Source of the DNA: Acidobacteriaceae bacterium
GTDB taxonomy: Bacteria > Acidobacteriota > Terriglobia > Terriglobales > Acidobacteriaceae
Length of the DNA stretch: 64,000 bases
Assembly: GCA_027311125.1 (NCBI GenBank)
Contig: DAICZO010000162.1
Coordinates: 92-64,091, forward strand
Direction: 5' to 3'
Positions 51,169-60,545 of the stretch are shown here, piece after piece. Every line of letters begins with the position of its first letter. Within the stretch, counting starts at the first letter, position 1. The notes beneath the pieces were generated by a model, which made no database searches, was not told the DNA's origin, and saw only the letters and a list, made by a program, of their open reading frames with translations. Made by a program: the position numbers and the translations under genes.

Positions 51169-52418
51169 GGTTCGAGGCCTTCTGCGTACTGGAGTGCGAG
51201 GACGCTCTGGTGGTAGTTGCCCAGTGCGTCCACCCAGGAACTCTGGGTATCAACACGTAGCTTTTCAGCGTCCAGTAGACGTAAAAAATCTATGCCTCCT
51301 TCGCGATATGCGGAACGCCCAATGGTCGCGATGTCGATCGCCTGAGTGAGAAGTGGTCGATAGCGTTCGGTGATTTGCCGTTTCCACATCTCGTAGACCA
51401 TGCGGGCCAACTCTAACTCACTCTTGCTTTGCAGTTGTGTTGCGGCAAGGTTGGCTCTGCTCGCCTCTACGTCAATTCTTGCCGCAGCTACCGCACCCTG
51501 ATTGCGGTCAAAGAGTGGGATGTTCACCTGCAGTCCGGCGATCATGGTACTGAGTCCGGCGGTACGCTTGTAGCCGAAGAGAGTATCGACGTCCGGTCGC
51601 CCCTGTGCCTTTTGAGACAAGAGGTTGGCACGTGCGGCGTCGATTGCCTGCTGCGCCGAGCGAATCTCGATCCGCGCTTCCTCAGGCTGATTTTCGTCGT
51701 TGGGCCGAAGCGGCTCATTCAACACTTCGAACGACTCGCTGAGGCGCCATAGTTCTGGCTTTGGCAGTCCCATCTCACGGGCCAGCCGCTGCTTCCCTTC
51801 TGCTTCGCTTAGTCGGCTCAGCTCGAGGCTAGCCTCCGACCTTGCCTCTTCCAGTCGGAGGCGCATGACGTCTACTTCAGCAAGGTTTCCCTCGTTGAGA
51901 CGCTTCTCCTGATAGTCGAGAATCTCGCGGTAGTAGGTGACGTTTTGCTCTGCCAGTGTGCGCTGGTATTGCAGTCGGACGACATCCCAATATGCCTGCG
52001 CGACATGAAGCTCGATGAGTCGCTTCTGCTGTTCAAAGCTCAATTGACTGCGTGTAATAGCACTATCAGCGACCGAGATGCGTGCTGCTCGCCGCCCCGA
52101 CACTTCAAGAACTTCTGATACATAGGCGTAGGTGTCCACATTTTGGCTGAAGTCACCGCCGGGACGCAGGTTCTCGGATTGATAGAAGACTCTGGGGTTG
52201 GGTATGTAACCGGCTTGCCTTCTCAGTTGAGATGCGGCCTGCTGTCCAAGACCTGAGGCGACAAGCTCTGGCCGTTTGTTGAGTGCAGTCGTAATGGCGT
52301 CGCGCAGTGAGAGGTCGCGAGCCAATGATTCGTCTGCCCAGGCGCGCAACGACCCTAATGCGAGTATGACGAGTGCAAGGAGTGAAACCGCTACGGGAAA
52401 TGTCTTCGGCTGGCTCAT
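51165..52418 (-). CDS. TolC/CzcC-family outer membrane factor
   Basis: IPNP, IPLFDRNQG, AYREGGIDFLRLLDA; start MSQPK chosen because it follows the sigma54 motif. Confidence 0.88.
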   Translation of the reverse strand: MSQPKTFPVAVSLLALVILALGSLRAWADESLARDLSLRDAITTALNKRPELVASGLGQQAASQLRRQAGYIPNPRVFYQSENLRPGGDFSQNVDTYAYVSEVLEVSGRRAARISVADSAITRSQLSFEQQKRLIELHVAQAYWDVVRLQYQRTLAEQNVTYYREILDYQEKRLNEGNLAEVDVMRLRLEEARSEASLELSRLSEAEGKQRLAREMGLPKPELWRLSESFEVLNEPLRPNDENQPEEARIEIRSAQQAIDAARANLLSQKAQGRPDVDTLFGYKRTAGLSTMIAGLQVNIPLFDRNQGAVAAARIDVEASRANLAATQLQSKSELELARMVYEMWKRQITERYRPLLTQAIDIATIGRSAYREGGIDFLRLLDAEKLRVDTQSSWVDALGNYHQSVLALQYAEGLEP

Positions 52419-52435
52419 ATGTCTGTCATGTCCAT

Positions 52436-52451
52436 GGCAATCCGGTGGCCA
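52436..52451 (-). promoter_or_regulatory. Sigma54 (-24/-12) promoter for the czcCBA-like operon
   Basis: TGGCCACCGGATTGCC (GG-N10-GC). Confidence 0.65.
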
Positions 52452-52567
52452 AACCGAACGTGCGAAAAGCCGCGTGCTTGGCACGTTGCGCTATGGGAAA
52501 CTGTCGGAATTCAAGAATTTCAACTCGTCAGTTCAAAAAGTCAAACAAGATGCAAATCTGAGTAATC

Positions 52568-52942
52568 CTACTGTCCAGTTCGAACACGGGCCCACTGCGA
52601 GCTTCTGTGGTCTTTTCTGTAGCTGCGCGTGCCACCAAAGCCTGCTTCATATCCAAACCAATAGTAGTCATTTGCTTCAGCAGTCTGGCATTTAGAGGGA
52701 TGCCTGCGTCGCGTGGCAAGTCTATGATCTTGAAATCCATCTCGATTGCCGATGTTGAAGCAATGGTTAAGCCTGAAGTCCTGCTCAGACTCTGCGCTGC
52801 TGGCCGCAGGCGCAGTTACACCGCCTCGTACGGTCAAGTCCGGGACTGTCGTCTGGGAATGGAGTGGGTATGATCCGAGCGGGACGAACGTGGTCAGGAT
52901 CAGAGTGAAGATTTTTGGGAGGGATATAGGTGGGTAGCTCAT
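52568..52942 (-). CDS. Small secreted hypothetical protein
   Basis: Hydrophobic N-terminus from MSYPP; two Cys; directly follows a sigma54 motif. Confidence 0.5.
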   Translation of the reverse strand: MSYPPISLPKIFTLILTTFVPLGSYPLHSQTTVPDLTVRGGVTAPAASSAESEQDFRLNHCFNIGNRDGFQDHRLATRRRHPSKCQTAEANDYYWFGYEAGFGGTRSYRKDHRSSQWARVRTGQ

Positions 52943-52955
52943 ATACCATCCGTAA

Positions 52956-52971
52956 TGCAATTGGATGGCCA
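52956..52971 (-). promoter_or_regulatory. Sigma54 (-24/-12) promoter
   Basis: TGGCCATCCAATTGCA (GG-N10-GC). Confidence 0.65.
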
Positions 52972-53040
52972 CGCACTGAGCGCTACACTATGCGGAAGAG
53001 GTCGAAGTGCGGGGTGCTGCAGCAATACTCCAGCGCAAGC

Positions 53041-54414
53041 CTACAGGCCATACTTTGAGAGCTTGTAGCTGAGATCACTTTTGGAGAGGCCAAGTCTGCG
53101 TGCTGCTTCAGTCTTTGCCCCATTGGTCTTCGCCAGCGTCTGCTCGATAATCCGTTTCTCCCAAGAAGCGAGGGTGCTCCTTAGGTGGAATTCTTCGGGT
53201 AAGGCGTCGCCTTGGAACTGGGGCAGTGCCAGTCCGACATAGGGGTCTGGAGCATCTTCTGGCAGGTCAATCCAGATGATCTCTGGGGAGCTGGACAGGA
53301 TACAGGCCCGCTCAAGAAGATTTCGTAGCTCTCTTACATTTCCTGGGAACGAATAGGACATGAGTTGTTGAAGAGCGTCGGGATGCAGCGTTCGCGGAGC
53401 AGCAAATTTCAAGTCCTCGGCAATCCTGTGCAGGAGATACTGTGCAATCTCCGGGATATCAGTCAACCGCTCGCGGAGTGGTGGAACGGAAATCGGCACG
53501 ATTGCGAGTCGGTAGTAAAGATCCTGGCGAAATCGTCCTTCTTGTACTTCCTTTCTAAGGTCGCGATGTGTTGCTACGAGGACTCGAACATCGACATCTC
53601 TGGAAGTAGTCGAGCCGACTCGAGTAATCTTGCCCTCGGCCAACACCCGCAGTAGTTTGGCCTGAGCCCCAGCCGACATCTCACCGGCTTCGTCTAGAAA
53701 GAGCGTTCCCTGATGTGCCGCCTCGAAGACGCCATGACGTGTCTTATCGGCACCGGTGAATGCGCCGCGTTCATGACCGAACAATTCACTCTCCAGCAAA
53801 GTCTCCGTAAAAGCGGCGCAGTTCACGCTAATCATTGGCTTATCGGCTCGACGACTTGCCTTATGGACGGCCCGTGCGACCAGCTCTTTACCAGTACCGG
53901 TTTCCCCACTTATCAGGACGGTTGCATCGGTCGAGCCTACCCGATTAATCATCTCCCGAAGTCTGAAGATGGCCGCACTTGTGCCGCGAATCTCCGACTC
54001 GCCTTCAAGGCGGTCAACAGTCTCGCGAAGTAAATAATTCTCGCGATGCAGCGAAGCTCTCTCTGCAGCGCGCCGCACCACTGCCCGCAGGTTGTCGGAC
54101 GAAAACGGCTTGGTGAGGAAGTCGAACGCTCCGTTGCGCATTGCCTCGACGGCGAGTTCTACAGTCCCATAGGCCGATAACATCACAACCGCAGTCGAAG
54201 GCTCTGCGATCTGCACCGCCTTTAGCACCTCCGCCCCATCACCATCGGGAAGTTTCTGATCGAGCAGGATCACATCGAATTCGTTTCCGTAGACAGCCTG
54301 TAGCGCATCCTTGAGCGTTGCAGCTTCCAACAACACGTGAGCGTCCTGGCGCAGATTGGCGGCGAGCACCTTCCGCATATTGGGTTCATCTTCAACCACT
54401 AGAACTCTAGCCAC
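53041..54414 (-). CDS. Sigma54-dependent response regulator (NtrC/ZraR family)
   Basis: REC domain, GETGTGKE, ESELFGHERGAFTGA, LFLDE, PGNVREL, Fis-type HTH. Confidence 0.95.
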   Translation of the reverse strand: MARVLVVEDEPNMRKVLAANLRQDAHVLLEAATLKDALQAVYGNEFDVILLDQKLPDGDGAEVLKAVQIAEPSTAVVMLSAYGTVELAVEAMRNGAFDFLTKPFSSDNLRAVVRRAAERASLHRENYLLRETVDRLEGESEIRGTSAAIFRLREMINRVGSTDATVLISGETGTGKELVARAVHKASRRADKPMISVNCAAFTETLLESELFGHERGAFTGADKTRHGVFEAAHQGTLFLDEAGEMSAGAQAKLLRVLAEGKITRVGSTTSRDVDVRVLVATHRDLRKEVQEGRFRQDLYYRLAIVPISVPPLRERLTDIPEIAQYLLHRIAEDLKFAAPRTLHPDALQQLMSYSFPGNVRELRNLLERACILSSSPEIIWIDLPEDAPDPYVGLALPQFQGDALPEEFHLRSTLASWEKRIIEQTLAKTNGAKTEAARRLGLSKSDLSYKLSKYGL

Positions 54415-55705
54415 GTGTCACCTCACTCAGACCTTGACGCCCTTCACCGTGTTCGCACTTGTTCAAGGGCAGCAGAATTGTAAAGACGATGTGGTCCGAA
54501 TCGTTCCGTTCAAGAAGTAGCTTGCCATCACAGCCTTCGACAAACTTTTTCGCAATCGCCAGACCAAGCCCTGTCCCTCCCACTTTGTTTGTGAAGAAGG
54601 GCTCAAAGATATGAGACACGATCCTATCGGGAATAGCAGGACCAGAATTTTCGATCTTGATCGCCAGGTAGTCTGCCGGTTCGCGATTGAGAGATACTCT
54701 GATCGTTCGTCCCGAGGGTGACGCCTCGATTGCATTCTTCATGACGTTCAGGATCGCCTGCTGCAGATGGCTCTCGTTGCCGTAGATATAACCAGGGCCA
54801 TCGATGTTCAAACTCAGTTCGAGATTCTTCGCATGGGCCTGCGGCTGCGCGATGGAAACAACATACCCCAATAGCAGCGAAGCCTCCAGCTTTTCGAGTG
54901 ACGCCTTCGCAGGAGATGCATATGACAAGAAATCTGTCGTCAATGACTCCAGACGCTTCGATTCAGATGACGCTATCTTTGACATCTCGTCGCGTTCGGC
55001 AGGGCTGAGAAAGGTCGATGACGAGGCCTCCAGCGCACTGGCAATAATGGCGACAGGATTTCTGATCTCGTGCGCAACGGCGCTTGCCAACCGCCCAACA
55101 GCAGCGAGCTTCTCTTCTTCGATGAGCTTGGTGCGGGTCTGCCGCAGATCTTCGAGCTTCTGGCGGAGTTCTCCTTCCCGTTCCCTGAGAATGTTGATCA
55201 GAAGCCAGGTAAGGCCGCCGACAGCTAGATAGACAAGGATCAGCGTGGTCGACTCTAACATCTCACCCAGCAGGATCGGCGCATGAAAGTGGGCAACAAA
55301 AGCAACCCAAAAAACGGAGATAGCTGATGCAGAAAGAGCAACGAGAATCGTCGTCGTCAGCGAGAAGTAGATGGCGGCTTCAAGGATCGGAAGGATCGAC
55401 ATTCCCAGATAGTGGGTATCAGGCTGTCCCGTGAGAATAGCAAGAAACAAAGGGAGCAAGAGCGACCAAACAATAGACGGCAAGGCAAAAGTGCGTGCAT
55501 TCAAAGTGTTCCGCGCAAACCCGATCTCAAGGATGCGAGCACAACAGGTGATTGCTACTAACACAACGACAGATAGAGGAGGAAACGGCAGAAATTTGAT
55601 GAAGATCAACTGGACACCGAAAAAGACAACGAGCACAACCAGGTAGACTGCTCCAATCATCGAGCGGCCAACGATTCTATGCGTGGAAATGGTGCGCTGA
55701 TTCAT
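54407..55705 (-). CDS. Membrane sensor histidine kinase
   Basis: Multiple TM segments; AHEIRNP, NAIEA, FEPFFT, GTGLGL. Confidence 0.93.
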   Translation of the reverse strand: MNQRTISTHRIVGRSMIGAVYLVVLVVFFGVQLIFIKFLPFPPLSVVVLVAITCCARILEIGFARNTLNARTFALPSIVWSLLLPLFLAILTGQPDTHYLGMSILPILEAAIYFSLTTTILVALSASAISVFWVAFVAHFHAPILLGEMLESTTLILVYLAVGGLTWLLINILREREGELRQKLEDLRQTRTKLIEEEKLAAVGRLASAVAHEIRNPVAIIASALEASSSTFLSPAERDEMSKIASSESKRLESLTTDFLSYASPAKASLEKLEASLLLGYVVSIAQPQAHAKNLELSLNIDGPGYIYGNESHLQQAILNVMKNAIEASPSGRTIRVSLNREPADYLAIKIENSGPAIPDRIVSHIFEPFFTNKVGGTGLGLAIAKKFVEGCDGKLLLERNDSDHIVFTILLPLNKCEHGEGRQGLSEVTRG

Positions 55706-55839
55706 TCGCTATCGTTCTCAAGTCCTGACTCAAGAGTACGCGAACGAACCGTGTACTTCGAGGGCCAGTACGAGTATGCCGATTTACGGCTCCCGCGAAG
55801 AAGCGCTGCTGACGGAGTCGGTTGTGAACTTGCGGCTAT

Positions 55840-56142
55840 CTCTGGAGCCAGAGGGTTGGGTATGCGGACGGTGAGACAGAGCCTTGGGCTCCTCCGCAAT
55901 GGACAGGCTCCATTCGTTGTCCAGTCTTCCCCTGGACAAGGCTGCCAGATTTCCATCTCATTTCCTATGGAGACAAAGGAAGCCTCGGATGTTTTGTTAC
56001 AAGAACCCGCACAGGTAGTCCTATGATTCGAACGATCCTCGTTGAAGATGAACCCTTAGCGCGTGATCTGCTGCGCTCGTACATTGCGATGCTCGACGAC
56101 TCGGCTGGCTTACCTTTCGTCACTTCTTCGACGCTGTGTTGA
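55840..56142 (+). pseudogene. Remnant of a LytS/LytTR-type two-component pair (kinase C-end plus regulator N-end)
   Basis: GLGMRTVRQSL..VQSSPGQGCQISISFP followed by MIRTILVEDEPLARDLLRSY (ATG 56023), truncated at 39 aa. Confidence 0.65.
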
Positions 56143-56350
56143 AATCAAGTCCGTCCAGGAGCTCTCACAGCACGCCAACAGCAGGATCACACCGACTGTA
56201 TAAACTCAGGCCGTGAACTCGCACAAGTATGGATAGAGGTTCGCACTTAGCATATACGGGGCCGACCTTCAGACGCCGTGGCTCCGGCTGTAGAGTGAAA
56301 GCTCCCATCGGCGCCTGCATTTTCTGGAACACTCTCTTCATCATGAACGA

Positions 56351-56382
56351 AATCCGGGGACACTCATTGCTCCCCGGATTCT
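56351..56382. terminator. Stem-loop downstream of surface protein copy 2
   Basis: aatccgggga/tccccggatt inverted repeat. Confidence 0.5.
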
Positions 56383-56464
56383 CCCACTTTAGTTGAAACC
56401 TCCCTCGCATATCAGACGACACTGGAGGTTGTGTAACAGAGCAGAACACGTATAGCTGAAGTAC

Positions 56465-59400
56465 TTACTGCACGGTCACTTGCAGGTTGATCGTGGTAGC
56501 GGAGGGGGCACCTGTGACTGCTACAGAAACCGTGTAAGCTCCTGGAACAGTCGTGGTCACCGCCTGCGTGCTAGATCCGCCGCTGCTGCATCCGCTGAAT
56601 AATCCGGTAACCAGAAGTGCAAACACGGCCAATGTTAGTGTTGCAAACGACCGGTTCCTGATCGCTTGACGAACTCGGCGGCTGAACGCCATCGGTAAAA
56701 AAAGCACCCCAGCAAGAACAATGCCTTTGAGCCCTTCATTCAGGTTCGGACCTCCAGGTGCAGGGTGCAACATGCCGATGGTCGCTGATGTGGTCGATAC
56801 AGAGAGTGTGGTGCTCTGTGCTGCACTGCTGGCCGCAGTGAAGGTAAGGCTTGTTGGCGAGAAGCCACAAGATGCTGAGGCAGGCAAGGTACCGCAACTG
56901 AATGTCAGTGTCCCTGCAAAGCCGTTGGCCGGTGTGAGGGTGAGGGTTGAGGTGCCAACCGATCCGTGCACGATCGTTAGAGTGGCCGGGGAGAACGCGG
57001 CCGTCAATGTCGGTGCGAGCGGATTGATTGTGACTGCCTGCGATGCCGTGATCGTTGGAGCGTAGTTGCTGTCGCCGCTGTACTTCGCGGAGATGTTGTG
57101 CGTACCCACTGTGAGTGCAGTAGCGGAGTAGCTGGCCACCCCGTTGCTGAGGTTGAGGGTTGAGAGTGTCGTGCTGCCGTCTAGGATAGCCACGGAGCCC
57201 GTAGGCACAGCACCTGTGCCTGTGACAGTTGTTCCAATCGCAACCGATGTCCCTATGGTCGCAGTGGCAGGAGAGGCGGTGAGAACGACAGTGGGCGTAA
57301 GCAGATTGATGGTGACTGTCTGCGCAGAGGAGGTTGTGGTGACGAAGCTGCTATCGCCACTGTAACGCGCCGTGATCGAGTGGCTGCCAGATGCCAATGC
57401 AGTGGTGGAGTAGGTCGCCGTGCCTCCAGAGAGTACTGCGCTGCCCAGGTTGTTGAAGCCGTCCATAAAGTAAATAGTGCCAGTGGGCGTGCCTGCGCTG
57501 GAGCTTATAGTTGCCTTCAGTAAGACCGCCGTACCGATGGTCGTGGTCGAAGGCGTTACGGTCAACGCGACGGTTGGCGTGTTCTGGATACTGACCGTCT
57601 GCGGTGGTGTCGTACTGCCAGCGTAAACTTCGTCTCCGGAATATGTTGCGGCGACGTTATAGCTTCCAGCAGCCAGCGATGTCGTGCTGAAAGTGCCCGT
57701 ACCGTTGGCAAGTGTGATGCTGCCGATGGTGGTAGCGCCGCTGGTAAGCGTGACGGTTCCGGTCGGTGTGGCAAAGCCGGGCAGACCGGCGACGGTGGAG
57801 GTGAAGGTGATGGGCGTTCCGGGCACGGTGGCCGTTGGGCTAATCTGCAGCTTGGTGGTGGCGGTCTGCTGCTGGGTGATGAGCTTGAGCACCCAGCCGT
57901 CAGAGCCCTGGATCGTCTGGCTGAAGGCACCGCTGGTGGGGGGGAAGGTGGTTCCGCCGTAGGAGTTGGGGGCCTGCGAGCCGGAGATGTAGGCGTTGAG
58001 GTTGCTGTCGAGATGCAGAGCGTTGTTATTGAGGGTGATGCCGGCGGTGGAGCCGATGAAGGTGCCCATCAGGACGGAAGTTGCAGCTGGCGCGAACTCG
58101 GTGACGAAGACATCGTCTTGCTGCGCGGGGTTAGTGTTGATGGCGTTGACCAGCGGCAGCGTGGGTGAGGTGCTGGTGCCAACGAGGTAGACGTTGTCGT
58201 TGGCGTCGAGTGCGAGGCCTTGACCGATGGTTGCGTTGCCAGGCCGGGAGGTGGGGCCGAAGTAGGTAGACCAGACGGTCGTGCCGGTGGGCGAGAGCTT
58301 GGTGACGTAGGCGGACTGGCAGCGGAGGCTGTTGCCGTTGCCGTCGCCGAACTGCACGCAAGCACGCTGTAGCGTGCCGGGGGTGGTGGGGAAGTTGTCT
58401 GCGTTGGTATCGCCCGTGGCGACGACGTTGCCCTTGGAATCGACGGCAAGACCATAGACGTCGCTGGTGGGGAAGAGCGTGTTGCCGTTGCCGTCCTTGC
58501 CAGCGGAAGAGCCGTTCATGTAGGTGGAGAAGAGCAGCGAGGCGGCGCCGGATTTGCTCGGATCAAAGCCGGCGAGCCAGCCAGTCATGGGGCATTGGCT
58601 GTTGGCTGCGCCTGCGTTGGAGCAGGTGCTGGCGAAGGCTCCGGTGGTGGTGGGCCAGTGCGCGGAGGAGGTGTTGCCGCCGATGAAAGCCTGGCCTGCG
58701 GCATTGACCGCGATGGCGATGCCGTTGGTGTTGCAGGTGCCGTTGCCGCAGCCGCCGATGATGCCTCCGCCGACGAGCGAGGAGTAGAGGATGGTTTGCA
58801 GGTTGGGACTGAGGACGGTGAGAAATGCCTGCTCGTCGGTGGGGCCGCCGATGTTGCCGAAGGAGTCGGTGTGGAGTACTTCACGGACTCGGTGATGTTG
58901 CTGTAATAGGCGTTGCTGGTGGTGGGGAAGTTGGCCTGGCCGATCGATGCGACCTGATGATTGTTGACGGGGTAGGACGGCACGTCGCGGAGGTTGGAGC
59001 TGACGGCGAAGTAGTATCCGGTTGAGTAGGTCTGGCCGACGATGTAAACCTTGCCTGCGGCATCGACGGAGACGCCGTTGGCGAAGTCGTCGTTCGATCC
59101 GCCGAGCGGCGTTCCGTAGAGCTCGGTCTTGCCGTCAGAGGAGAGCTGCACGAGGAAGGCATCGTAACCGACGGAAGTTGCGTTGCCGCCGGAGTTGACT
59201 TCTATTGTATTGTTGGAGTTTCCGTTGGGATTGCAGAGCTGCTGGACGGCGTTGGGGGTGAAGGGGAACTCGCCGACGCTCTGGTTGCTGGTCTGGCCTG
59301 CGGGGCAACTGTTGGTAAAGCCGACGATGTAGGGCTGGTCAGCGGCGTTGACGGCGACGGCGTTGGCGACATCGTCGGCTGCGCCGCCGAGGTAGGTGGT

Positions 59401-60366
59401 CCAGAGCACGGTTGAGCCATCGGCAGAGAACTTGGTGACAAAGGCCTCGTGGCCGATGTTGCTGGCAGCGGGGTTGGCCTGGAACTCGCCGGTGGTGCCG
59501 GGCAGGGCGGTGGAGTAGGTCTGGCCGACGGCGTAAAGCTGGTTGGCGGCGTTGAGTGCTGAGCCGTTGATCTCGTCTTCGGCGGCGCCGCCGAAGTAGC
59601 TGCCGTAGGCGATTACGGGGTCGATGACGAGCTGACGGCTGCGGTCGTAGGTGCCGATGCGGAAGCCGATCTGGCCGTTGGCGGAGAGGGTAAAGCTGCC
59701 GTCGACGGGCTGACGATGATCGCCGAGTTGCTGGTAGAGAGTCGGCTTGCGGACAAGGATCTCGGTCGGCTGCTGCTTCGCCACGAGCTTGAGGCGGAGT
59801 TCGCCGCTGGGCTCGAGGACCGGCTGCGCGCCGTCGATGGCGAGGTGAATGAGGTTCGGGTCACTGTGCGGGGCGACGATGAAGTCGTACTCAAGCTGGC
59901 GGTCGGTGCCGTAGTAGACGAGGTCGATGCCGGGGTAGACCGCCGTGACGCGAGTGGCCGCGTAGGTCGGGACTCCGGTGTGCGAGTGGGCCTTGTCGCC
60001 CGTGAGGTAGTTCACGTAGCCGGCCAGCGGGCGCTCGGGCGACATGGCGGCCGCAGCGTTGGTGCCGGCGAGCGTCATGCGGACAGTGGCGCGCTGGCTT
60101 TCGGACTTGCTCTGCGCGCGGCGGAGAAGCAGGGTCGCGGTGCTAGGTTGCAGCAGCACGGTGTAGTTGCTGCCGCGCGCGAGGTACCGGACAGCGGAGT
60201 CGGTCTGGCCGAGGTTGGGCTCAAAGCTGAGCGGCAGGTTGCCATAGGCGGCGGCGGCTCTGGCCGCGGGTGCCTGAACCGGCGCCAGCGACTGGGCTGT
60301 GACGATGAGACCGTTGAGGCTAAGGACAGCGGCGCTGAGGGTGCGAAGTACAGACTTCGAGATCAT
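56465..60366 (-). pseudogene. Large SBBP/Ig-like surface protein, copy 2; a single gene split by a 1-nt frameshift at about 58870
   Basis: YGNLPLSFEPNLGQ, LEYDF, VIDP; after KYS the shifted frame reads TDSFGNIGGPTDEQAFLTVL... continuously into MTGWLAGF; three Big_3 repeats; C-terminal TM segments. Confidence 0.85.
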
Positions 60367-60376
60367 GGCAAGGTAG

Positions 60377-60416
60377 CTCCTGCTATGAACGCGCTGGCTG
60401 AGATGGAAGTGTGTCA
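60377..60416 (-). promoter_or_regulatory. Candidate ECF promoter TGAC-N19-CGCG plus RBS GCAGGAG
   Basis: Minus strand TGAC (60413-60416), CGCG (60390-60393), GCAGGAG (60377-60383). Confidence 0.6.
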
Positions 60417-60545
60417 GCCGGGTGCGAAAATCTCCATCCGTTCGAAGACGACCCCAACCACAGCTGGTTCTCGGGGTGTATCAGCATTGTGCCGCTACGT
60501 GCCATCCGGGTCGGATCACCCCGGTCGGCGGCTTGTCAACGTGAG

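Noticed and set aside
52478-52494. TTGGCACG on the + strand as a sigma54 promoter
   Set aside because: It lacks GC at the GG-N10-GC position and faces away from the operon
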